DNA of 64,000 nt from NCBI RefSeq assembly GCF_001194135.2, contig NC_068984.1, positions 86,819,207 through 86,883,206 of the forward strand. The letters run 5' to 3'. The position numbers and the translations under genes are program-made. Position 1 is the stretch's first letter. Each line of letters starts with the position of its first letter. The stretch is from Octopus bimaculoides. Taxonomy: Eukaryota. The notes under the pieces were generated by a model. That model saw only the letters and a program-made list of their open reading frames with translations, did not search any database and was not told where the DNA came from. Shown one piece after another: positions 52,831 through 64,000 of this stretch.

Positions 52831-53696
52831 TTAACCTTTTAGCATTTAAACTAGTCACATTCAAACCAAAATATTCTACCTGTTTTATGTTCAAACTGAT
52901 CAGATCTAGCCTCCCATACCTACCCTACAATGTCAGGCAATGACTAGTGACCGAGACCTTTGGAACTATGCTGTGCATGAGAACACCCAGCAAGACAAGT
53001 GAGACCATAACCCATGGCCTTTACCAGGGGTGTAGCCAGCCCACTTATGCATACCTTTCCTTCTTTGGACGCAAAACTCTGCTTGCGAAGATCTGTTGAG
53101 GCAAGTGAAATCGAAATCGAACCAAATTCAATGACTGGCACCCGTGCCAGTGGAGCACTAACAGCACCATCTGAGCAGGATCACTGCCAGAGCAGCTGTC
53201 TGGCTTCTGTGCCGGTGGCGCATAAAAAGCATCATTTGAGCATGATTGTTACCAGCGTCGCCTTACTTGGCACTTATGCTGGTGGCACGTGAAAAGTTAT
53301 TCGAGTGAGGTTGTTGCCTGTGTCGCTGGACTGACTCCTGTGCAGGTGGCACGTAGAAAAACACCATTTGAGCGTGGCTATTGCCAGTACCGCCAGACTG
53401 GCCCTTGTGCCGGTGGCATGTAAAAGCACCAACTACACTCTCGGAGTGGTTGGCATTAGGAAGGGAATCCAGCTGTAGAAACTCTGCCAGATCAGATTGG
53501 AGCCTGGTGCAGCCATCATGATTCGCCAGTCCTCAGTCAAATCGTCCAACCCATGCTAGCATGGAAAGCGGACGTTAAACGATGATGATGACATTCTCAA
53601 AACCTTGAAACTATAGGATAATGCGTGATTAATTTAAAACAATGTTAATAAATAAGCATTACATTTGACAGAGTAATTTGAATGCTGATGGGTTAA
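52831..53696 (+). mobile_element. piggyBac-like MITE (TTAA...TTAA) split by the RTE 3' fragment
   Basis: TTAA-ccttttagcatt at the left and aatgctgatggg-TTAA at the right (imperfect TIRs). The interior is homologous to the uninterrupted partial copy at about 50260-50443 that ends aatgctaaagggTTAA. Confidence 0.7.
52936..53591 (+). mobile_element. RTE-family 3' end (last codons, 3' UTR, (GAT)n tail) inserted into a piggyBac-like MITE
   Basis: Starts ggcaatgactagtgaccgagacctttgg, matching about 10014-10084, and ends gcggacgttaaacgatgatgatg. Further partial copies at about 46285-46610 (-), 48790-49042 (+), 16090-16480 (-) and 6590-6670 (-). Confidence 0.85.
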
Positions 53697-54119
53697 AATG
53701 CATATTTCAAGAACACTAATGTTTATATGATTTCAATATTGAAACCATTCAATCAGTGCAATAGTTAGAATTGAAAAATACAATCGTGAATTTTAAAAAA
53801 AATATTTTGCTATTACATTAATAGTGGCACCACTGTGCTTGACTTTGCTTTCATCTTTTTGGATTGATAAAACATTCCAATCAAGTACTGGGGTTGATGT
53901 GATTGATCCCCCCCCCCCCAAAAAAAAANNNNNNNNNNNNNNNNNNNNNNNNNNNNNNNNNNNNNNNNNNNNNNNNNNNNNNNNNNNNNTGTTATGACAG
54001 TAATGGAAACATGTAAAGTTTGTAGCTTGTGTGCTTTGTTTATCATCAGTTATAAGGATTTGTTTTTGGCAATTGAAAACTTAGAATATTTGTAAATTTA
54101 TTTGTTTATTTTTTTGCAG

Positions 54120-54201
54120 GTATTTCTTGTAAGAAAAATTAGTGGTAATGACCAAGACACATTGTATGCCATGAAAGTTTTAAGGAAAGCAACATTAAAA
54201 G
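54120..54201 (+). CDS. RPS6KA: RSK coding exon 4 (VFLVRKISGNDQDTLYAMKVLRKATLK)
   Basis: tttttgcag| acceptor and G|gtaatt donor. 82 nt, phase 0/1, containing the ATP-binding Lys motif YAMK. Confidence 0.97.
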
Positions 54202-55338
54202 GTAATTATTTTATAATTTGTTATGAAAAAAATCTTTTTCATAACATTTTTTTTTGTTTGTGTGTTTATTTTTTACATTACAACCAAAAATTAAATGTAT
54301 AGTATGTGATGGAATTAATTAAATTTAGGCAGTGGGTTGACTGAGTTGTTAAAGTAAAGCATAGAATGCCTCACCATATTTGGTTTGGCTTTCTGCCCTC
54401 TGAGTTCACATCCCACTGAGATCAACTTTACCTTTCACACATTTTTAAGTGTTGATAAAAAAGTACCAATCGAAAATAGTGAATTAATGGAACTGTAAGA
54501 ATGTTGGACTTATTATGGCTCTTTGGGTTCTAAGTTCAAATCTTGCCATGGCTTATATGAGTGATAGGCTTAATCTGTTGCCCAATTCATTATAATCACC
54601 TGGTACCTTGGTTACCTTTAGTAGAGGTCACTTTGTTGCAAACATTCCAGCCAGGTATCCAGTTTGAGGATAGCTCCACCTGTCTTCCTACCAGTCTTGG
54701 AGACGTTGGGAGGGAAGCCAGTGCCTTCCCTCCCAACTAAGAGATTTAAAAAAATTAATATTACCATCCTTTGAAATTATAACTAAATGAAGAAACCTCT
54801 TTGAAGTCATTCAACCTGCTAAAAATCAGTAGCAACCAAATCTTGCCTAAATTACACCTGCCTTCTTTAAAAAGGAAGGACACATTAGATAATGTAACCC
54901 GAGATATATTGTACTTGATAAAAAGATGAGAAAGCTTTTGGCCATTGGTCTGCTTAACCAGAGTTGGCACAGGTTAACAATTACTTGAAGTGTTATTAGG
55001 CATTATAAACACCAATTTGAAATAGAAAAGAAAAGCAAAAATCCATATTTAGAGTGACAATTACGATTTTTGTGAAAATTTATTTCCTAATAACTAAATA
55101 AATTATGAGAGAAATAATTTCTTTAAATCATGATACACTTGTTCTTCTCATTACCTGTTAACTCTCATATATCTCTTTACAATATCATTGATGTTGTTAT
55201 GCTTTTTTTTTCTTTACTTTAATGTTAGAAATTATTTGATATTTCACTTTTTAATCTGACACAAAACAGTAGTTAACACATTTCTTGTTGACATTTTATG
55301 CATTGTCAATGAAAATAATACTTATGTTTCTTTTTTAG

Positions 55339-55419
55339 TCCGAGATCGACAGAGAACAAAATTAGAGAGAGATATTCTTGCTGATGTGAATCATCCTTTT
55401 ATTGTTAAATTACACTATG
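55339..55419 (+). CDS. RPS6KA: RSK coding exon 5 ([27 protein letters not shown])
   Basis: ttttttag| acceptor and G|gtataa donor. 81 nt, phase 1/1, encoding the alphaC Glu and HPFIVKLHY. Not in the ORF track. Confidence 0.97.
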
Positions 55420-57130
55420 GTATAACACCTTTTATATTTTACTATTTTATATTTTACTATTTGTTTGTCAAGTGTGTTTATATTCACCTGTGCAAATTCT
55501 TGACTAATTACCACCCATCTCCCATCTAGTCACTACAAGATTCCAGAATAAGCATTCATAATACAAATTAAAGCACTTTTTAATTAAGCAATGGGAATAA
55601 TATTCTTATTTGTCTGAAGTCTCTTTAAAGGGTTTCAATTAATAAGTGCTCTGAGTAGCTAAACACAGAAAAAGAGGTACTCCTAGAAAAGTACTAATGA
55701 GGATAATGCTTCAGGTTCTAATTAATTCAGCCACATCAAAAGATTTTTAAATACCTATGTGAGAAATATTATTCTATAGAGCTAACATTTGAATTCTGTT
55801 ATTCTTTTATTCAGTCACTGAACTGTGATCATTCAAGGGCATTGCCTTTATTAGCTTTAATTGGTTGTTCATTTTACAGTCTAGTTCAAATTTTATCAAT
55901 CTCTGTTTATTGAATGACTAAATTAATTTTTAATTAAAAAAAATTATACAATTTGATGCACTGTTTTACACCGGTACACATGTAAACGGTATCCAACTCT
56001 ATGCCAAAAATAACCTGACAACAAAATTGACTGGGTTTTTTTTTTTTTTTTGCTATCATGTGTGCCGGATGGTGGAAGACCTCAATAGTTGGCAAGATAC
56101 TCTGAGATCCATCCAATCCATCCTAGCATAGAAAAACTGATGTAAAAATGATGTGTGTGTGTGTGTGAGACAGGCTTTTACATTAGTCAACCCAAGACTC
56201 CTGTTGAAAACACTTGGCCAAAGTGCTTGATAGTGGAATTAAACCTGGTTGTGAACTTGTTAAACAACACAGTAATGAGTAAATTTCTTTTAGATTGCCA
56301 TGAAATTTCTTGGCATACTAGAATAAAGTGAAACCATTGACTGTTCAGTGAAGAATTTATTTAGTTTCCTTCTATCCTGTCATAGCTTAACTGAACTGAA
56401 TTTACATGTGTTCTTAAGGATGTTTTTACTTTTTCATTTTAAGCAAATGAGGTTATGAGACAATGTTTTATTTGTATTTCAATCTTGGTCTATTTCAGCC
56501 ATTGCCTACACTACATAACTTATACCTTTTGACCCTTTTAAGAAACAATGTTTTCATAAGAAACCAAAGATGTTTCTTATATCATATCATATCAGCAGTG
56601 GCAGGAGCTAGGGAGCTGTTACCTCAGTTGGATTCTGGTCTGTTTGCAAAAACAGATTGTTTTGGAAACATGGGTGTTGAATGCAGAAGATCTGAGATTA
56701 GAGAGTCAATTATAATTTCTTAGATGTGTAGTGTTAACTCTGATGAAAAGTGGAGCACAAGTGAGCTAAGAGTGTAGCTGAGTATGAAAGGTATTATTAG
56801 TTGATACATGTAGGAGACATGACTGCTGGTATGGATATCATGCAGATATATGAATGAATGCTAATTGAAAACATTTTTCTGTAGTTACTTATATCAGCAG
56901 AACATGAGGTATTGGTGTTGGACCTCACAATAAAAATTAAAAATGAAAAACTGGTGATATCCTATTTTGCAGACCTGTTCATGCTGTAGAATCATATCAG
57001 AATGAACAGATATTGAATATGATAATTAATATAATGCTTATTACCAACACTATTGATTCATTAAGATCCCTGATTTTCTTTACTCTGTTTTAAAGTCACC
57101 CTATCTTTTTAACATCCCTTCAAAATTTGA

Positions 57131-57394
<264 letters not shown>

Positions 57395-58236
57395 TAAATG
57401 GTCATCATCTATAATAATATATCTTGTTCAACATAATTTGTGAAACAATACTTTTAAGTATAAGCAGGCTATTTCAGGAGTGTTTCTATATTCAGAACTA
57501 TTCCATAGTATTGAAAACGTTGGATTTTTACTAGTCTTATATTTTGCATACATTTGTTGACTGTTAATGTATTTCTCTTCATGTATTGAGGTACCTACAA
57601 ATATGTGTAATTGAATGTTGGAACTCCTTTATTAATAAGCAAAATAATAGCTTTCATGATTTTGATTTATATCCCCAAAATAAGATTGTCTTCTGTGCAG
57701 AAAAAAAAAGAGATAAAAAAAGAAGAAAGTAGTTCTGCAACTTTTATACTAGCTACTTTGAGACTTGATAATGGTGATATCATCATCAAAGCTAATGGTC
57801 TTAATGAAAAATACTACAGTTGTGTATGGAGTTTACACTCATGACATGGAGAATTAAATCTGAAATTCTGCAATGGAAATGATCTATTTGCCAGAATGTG
57901 ATTAAAGAATTGTACTTGCTAGATTATTACTGGAAATTACAATAGCTTCCTGCTTCTGAGAGTCAAGTTATTGACTTAAAGTTTTTATACCTATTTGGTA
58001 GTCAGTTGTAAAATACTGTATATGCTGATATGATATACATTTTGTAATCAAATATTAATTAATGTTGGTACAAACTTGTTCTATTCATTGTATTTTAGAT
58101 ATTTTCTATCATTTTATGCCCATTTTCCAGGCTAGCATGGGTTGGATGGGTCTTCTACAGTGTCTTACCACTTATTACAGTCCCTTGTCATTTCTTGGGA
58201 AGCTCAACCTCTTCAGTTTGGTTTCCACCATTTGGT

Positions 58237-61200
58237 TTGTTGTTGTTGGTATTCTTTTTGCCTTGGGAGACAATGGGGTTGCGTATAAAATAATCTAGTC
58301 CGGTTTTTACATTTCATGTCCTAATACATCTCCTGATATGGCTGTGTAGTCCTATCGTGGACAAACACTCCCTCTGGCAGGTGCCACAAAGGTAGTAAAG
58401 ACTTTGCCTGGCTGGTTGTAATGTCATAGTTTCTTGTTGACATCTTTTCTTGTCTTTCCATTTCTCCTCTCCCCCTCTGTCACTCCTTTGTGTTCCCTCT
58501 TCTATGGTGCATCGCCAATCTCCATGGTTGCTGGCAACTGCTGCCCAGTTGCTAATATTGATGTTGCAGGCTTTCATGTCCCTTTTGCAAACATCCTTGT
58601 ATCGTAAGAAGGGTCTTCTCACAGACCTAGTGCCCCTAGCAAGCTCTCCGTAGAGTATGTCCTTGGGAATTTTACCATCTTCCATACAACTAACATGTCC
58701 AAGCCATCTTGTACGTCTTTGTGTGAGGAGTGCAAGCATGCTTGGTATTATTCCTGCTTGCTTGAGGACATCTTTGTTGGGGACACGATTCTGCCATTTG
58801 ATGCCAAGGATTTTCCGGAGGCAGCGCAGGTGAAAGATATTTAGGCAATGCTCTTGGCGTGTGTATGGCGTCCAGGTCTCACTGCCATACAGCAGAGTGC
58901 TAAGTACACATGCCTGGTAAATCTTCATTTTTGTGGTCTTGGTCAGCTTATTGTTGTCCCATGCCTGTTTGGAGAGTTGGGCCATCACAGCAGCTGCCTT
59001 GCCAATGCGTATATTGAGCTCAGCATCAAGGGATCGGTTGTAGGTGACGATAGAGCCAAGATAGGTAAACTTCTCCACCTCCTGTAGTCTGTGTATGTTT
59101 GGGATGTCTGATGTAGCCTGACCCATGATGTTGGTCTTCTTGAGGTTGATAACTAAGCCAAAGTCACTACATGCTTGCTCAAAGCAGTTGATGAGCCTTT
59201 GCAGGGTTTCTTCTGTGTGTGATACCAGAGCGGCATCATCAGCAAAAAGCATCTCCTTGATCAGGATGCTTCTGATTTTGGTCATGGCACACAGACGCGA
59301 GAGATTGAACAGTTTCCCATCATTTTTTCTGTGCAGAAACACTCCGTCATCTGATGTCTCAGAGGCATGTGGTGGACACCCGAATTTTTGAAGCAGGATG
59401 AAGAGGCCTTTTCTACTTACCAAGTCAAAAGCCTTTGTTAGATCAATGAAGGCCATATATAATGGCATTTTCTGCTCTCAGTACTTCTCCTGAAGTTGGT
59501 GTATGAAGAATATCATGTCAATAGTTGATCTGCTTCTTCTAAAGCCACACTGCAATTCTGGATAAATTTGAGAAGCAAGCAGTTGTAGCCTGGACAGGAT
59601 AATGTGAGCAAAGGTCTTTCCAACAGTGCTGAGAACAGATATTCCACGGTAATTGTTACAATCACCACGGTTACCTTTGTTTTTGTAAAGCGTAATGATG
59701 TTAGCATCCCTCATATCCTGAGGGACTGTACCCTCTTCCCTGCACTGACACAGAAGCTCATGAAGGTGCTGAAGCAGAGCGGTGTTTTTGCCAGCTTTGA
59801 TGATCTCTGAGGGGTTGCCGTCTTTTCCCAGAGCCTTGGTGAGCTCTGCTATAGACGGCAGACTGTCAAGTTTGCACATGGCTGGCAAGATCTTGACACC
59901 CTCGATTGCAGCCTCAGCGACTGTGGTCTCCCGTGAGTAGAGATCCTGGTAGTACTCCACCCATCTATCCATTTGCTTGCTTTGGTCTTTGATGAGGTCT
60001 CCAGTAGTTGATTTAAGAGGGGCTGACTTGGTTGCGGATGAACCGAGGGCCTTCTTCAAACCGGCATACATCTCACGGGTGTCACCACTGTCAGCAGCTA
60101 ACTGGATACTCTGACAGATTTCCTGCCAATACCTATTTGCACAGCGTCTGGCAGTCAGTTGGGTTTTATTTCTTACCTTTCTGAGTTCTTCGNNNNNNNN
60201 NNAGCGTCTGGCAGTCAGTTGGGTTTTATTTCTTACCTTTCTGAGTTCTTCGAGTGACTTTGTAGAAGAATCACTCTTGTATTGCATCAGAGCTGCGTGC
60301 TCTGCTTCGATAACTGGTTCCAGCACTGAACCAATCTGGGTTTTGCCTTTCACTCATACCGAAAGTATCTATTGAGGTGGCATACAAAGCTTCCCTGATA
60401 TAATTCCACCTACTTTCAGCAGAGGAGGATGGGCAGCTACTGAGGGCAACCTTGATAGAAACAGCAAAACATTTTTGCAGTGTAGGGTCTGAGGTTCTGG
60501 CAGTGTTAATGCGTGGTCGGCCCATTTTCTTGGAGTGATGGACTTTTTTTAGGCAGAATCCTCACCCTGCTTCTTATTAGTGAATGATCTGTGTCACAAT
60601 CTGCGCTGTGGTAACTACAGCTCAGTTGGACAGAATTCAGAAAGGATCTCCGTGTGATGACGAGATCCAACTGATGCTGGTGGTGAGATCTTGGATGTCT
60701 CCAAGATGCCTTGTGGGATGGCTTGTTGGTGAGGCACAGGTTATGGTATGTGCAAAATTCAAGCAGTCTCTGATCATTGTCATTCATGTTGCCAATACCA
60801 AAATGTCCAACACAAATGGGCCACGAGTCATGGTCAGATCCCACGTGAGCATTGAAATCTCCCAGAAGGTAGATGTTTTCATTGGTTGGTATGTTTCTAA
60901 TGACACAGTTGAGATCTTTGTAGAACTGGTCCTTGGTCTCCTCTGAGCTGTAGAGAGTGGGACCATAGATGCTCAGTAGATGTACTGAGCCCGAAGAGCT
61001 CAAGAAGCACAGAGAGAGTGGATACGCTCAGTGCTTCCTGATGGCGGTTCTGTTGAGGAGAGTAATGAGTTTCTCACTGCAAAGCCAACACCATGCTGAC
61101 GAGGTTCCTCTGGATCTCTTCCCTGCCAAAAGAAGGTGAAATCCTGTTCTTTGAGTTTGCCGTTTGAGGGGAGTCTTGTCTCCTGCAGTCCAGCAATGTC

Positions 61201-61958
61201 TATGTTGAGCCTCTTCAGTTCACAGTCAATGATGGCCGTCTTTCTTGTGTCTTCAACCCTGAGTAGGTCATCAGATATGCCAGGGCACATGGTTCTGACA
61301 TTCCAGCTTACTAATCACAGGACTGGTGGTTTCTTGTCTTTTGATTGTTCACCTGGTGCAGAGGTTGTAGGCCATTTTTCAAGTCAACCTCTTAGCTCCA
61401 AGCACCCAATGAAGCAGGCGGCCTGTGGCAGGTCAGCACCTTATTAACCAGAGGCTGCCCAACTTGAGGTGGGCAGTAGCTAACCAAAGGGACACGAGGG
61501 TCCATCTCACCATCAGAGGTAACCCGTAGCACCCATATCCTACGCCAATCAGAATGGATTTATCACTCATGACTGCTATCTCCCATGTTTTTTCTGCCAC
61601 TTTTTACGGCAGCACTGAAGTGTCCTCTCCAGTTTTGCACAGTCCTGGGCTAGATGTAACAAAATCCTGGGTAGCCCAATCATCAGGATTCCTCTCTCGA
61701 CCTTGCTGACGTAGTCCAAAGGAGTGCAGAGCATTACGTTTGGCACCAGCTTGGTTGCAGGAGCTGCCGGAAGAGTGTCAAGTCGAACACTAAACCGCTT
61801 TTGGGGCTCCACTCTGGATTTCTTTGAAGGTTGTCTCCTTTCCATAACCCTGGATAGGGGCCCATACTGGGTACTGTCAGCTGGAGCCAGCTGAGCCCTA
61901 GACTCGTGTCAGGTAGGGTCGTCACTCTCTGAAGTAGTGAAGAAAATTGCTACCCACT
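58237..61958 (-). mobile_element. Full-length but decayed RTE-clade (BovB-like) non-LTR retrotransposon, antisense in RSK intron 6
   Basis: Endonuclease motifs (SWNVRT, IAGLQETRL, LLGDFNAHVG, TDHSL) and RT motifs (QCGFRRSRSTIDMIF, FIDLTKAFD, MLFADD, LLYGSETW) in successive broken frames. 3' tail ...ccaacaacaa. Identical 10-bp TSD accatttggt at 58227-58236 and 61959-61968. Multiple stops and frameshifts. Confidence 0.93.
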
Positions 61959-62404
61959 ACCATTTGGTATCAGCTCCTATTAATTTGTATCTTTCCCTCA
62001 GTAACTTTTTACTATAATAATAATAATAATTCCTACTATAACCACAAGGCCTGAAATATTTGGGGAGGGGCTAATCAATTACATCGACCCTAGTTTTCAA
62101 TTAATACTTATTTTATTGACTCTGAAAGGATAAATTAATCTTTCATCCTTTTGGGGCTGATAAATATCAGTTGTACACTGGGGTTGATGTAATCAGCTTC
62201 CTCCTCCTCTAAAATTTGCAGGCCTTTTGCCAAAAATTTGAAATAATAATATGCATTTATAAAGTTCGCAGTATAAAATCAGCATATATAAATAATTTGA
62301 ATGCTTGAATTTTTTTTATTAACTGAAATCTTCATATTAGCATAAGTAGAAATTCTTTTGTTGTGTCTCACTAATAAAGGCATATTTAATTAATTTGTTT
62401 TTAG

Positions 62405-62512
<108 letters not shown>

Positions 62513-64000
62513 TAAGCTAAAATTCTAATAAATTTTAATTCTATTTTGCATAAACTGTAATTGCTATATTTATTTATTTATATTCTACATTCAGGTGGTT
62601 GATCTAGAATTGCAGTATATCTAAAATTATGCTTGTCAGAGCAAAATTTAATTTGTATTAAGTTGACTTATTTTAAAACAAAAGCATGCAAGTTTTGTGA
62701 TCTAAAATTTTGCAATTGATACATTCCAGTAATCTTGTTGCATAATGGGACTGAGCTACAGTATTAATGGTAAAGAATTGGGAATTGAGTTTCAACTTGA
62801 GAATATGTATGTATTAAAAATAGGATGGATATAAAAGAAGTTCTAGTTTATCCATAAAATATTTACAACTATTTGGTTTTCAACACAAAGTCAACATAGG
62901 AATAATTTGATGGGTTTACTTAAGATTTATTTTATTGAAAAAGGAATTTTATACAATGCAATGTAGTTTTTAAGATTATATACGGAATAGGTGTTGTGGA
63001 TGTGTGGTAAAACAGTTTGCTTTCCAACCACATGGTTTCAGGATTAGTCCTATTGTATGGCACCTTGGATTAGTCCTATTGCATGGCACCATGTCTTCTA
63101 TTATAGCTCCAGGCCAACCAAAGCTGTGTGAATGGATTTGGTTGGTGGAAACTGAAAGAAGCCTGTTGTGCATGTGTTTCCTTGACTTGATATCACACAA
63201 TAGTTGCAAGTAAGTTTCACTGTCATATGAGCAGTGTTGTTTCCTTCCAGTCTTCCCTGTCCAGACAAAGGGAAATATTACTTTACTTGGAAACAGGTAG
63301 GGGTTGAAAATAGGAAGAGCATCCAGCTCTAGAAAATCAACCTCAGCAAAATTTCACCTAAAATTTCAAGCACAGAAATGTGGTGTTATGATGATGATGG
63401 TGATACACTTCACATATGTTCTTGTACAAATTATGCAGAATAGCAACATTCACTAAATCAAAGTATTTTATCCTAGCTCAAAGATGATTAGTCATTTATT
63501 AGTTTCAGTTGATTTTTGATTTTGCAACAAGTGGAGGTTTTGATTGTCCCATACTGGAACATCACTTTGATTTGAAAGGGTTTTGTCAGTTTTATCAATC
63601 CAAGTAGTTGATGTGAAGAGAGGTAGCTCAGTTTAAACAGCACAAGGTATATTTATTGAGTATGACTTTTCAGCAACCCAGTTCTGTTGAAGAATAAACT
63701 TGTGCACAGGAATGTAGGCAAGTGTCTTGTAATGGTGCTTAGGCTCACTAAAGCCTTATGTGTGGGTTTGGTATCTAGAAACTGAAAGACCATTTTGTGT
63801 GTGTGTGAATTTATGTCTTGCTTCAATGGAAGTTGAGATGTATGGGTTGTGTTGTTAGTTCTCCACTTCACAAATCATCCACTCACTTCACATCTTTGAA
63901 GCCATGTTGCATAAGAGACTCCTTGTTTGAAAAACAGGCAAACGTTAGTGACAAAAAGGGTGTCCAGCTGTAAGAAACAATGCTTCAAATCCTCTAAAGT

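Noticed and set aside
60145-60252. Duplicated EELRKVRNKTQLTARR segment in the RTE ORF
   Set aside because: Same artefact: an exact duplication around a 10-N gap.

Overview
AT-rich, repeat-dense animal genomic DNA with many N gaps and microsatellites. The SINE, RTE and mariner repertoire suggests an octopus or other coleoid cephalopod; this is inference and the species is not verified. The only well-supported host gene is the 5' part of a p90 ribosomal S6 kinase (RSK/RPS6KA family) on the + strand. It has seven coding exons: 25831-25890, 26527-26565, 46022-46135, 54120-54201, 55339-55419, 57192-57271 and 62405-62511. All have GT-AG junctions and splice in frame to 187 aa, ending at YRDLKPE in the N-terminal kinase domain; the gene continues beyond the window. 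Most of these exons are absent from the ORF track. The rest is transposon-derived: a full-length, decayed RTE-clade LINE with a 10-bp TSD, antisense in intron 6; many fragments of a second RTE family with (GAT)n tails; a 5'-truncated R4/Dong-like LINE; a probable solo LTR; mariner fragments; Helitron-like and piggyBac/hAT-like non-autonomous elements; and tRNA-derived SINEs. The most unusual observation is a head-to-head inverted pair of tRNA-headed SINE-like elements (23780-24283). The two copies together reconstruct a minimal type-I hammerhead ribozyme of the Penelope/retrozyme type, and one 13-bp direct repeat flanks the whole pair. I found no prokaryotic-type systems or CRISPR arrays.
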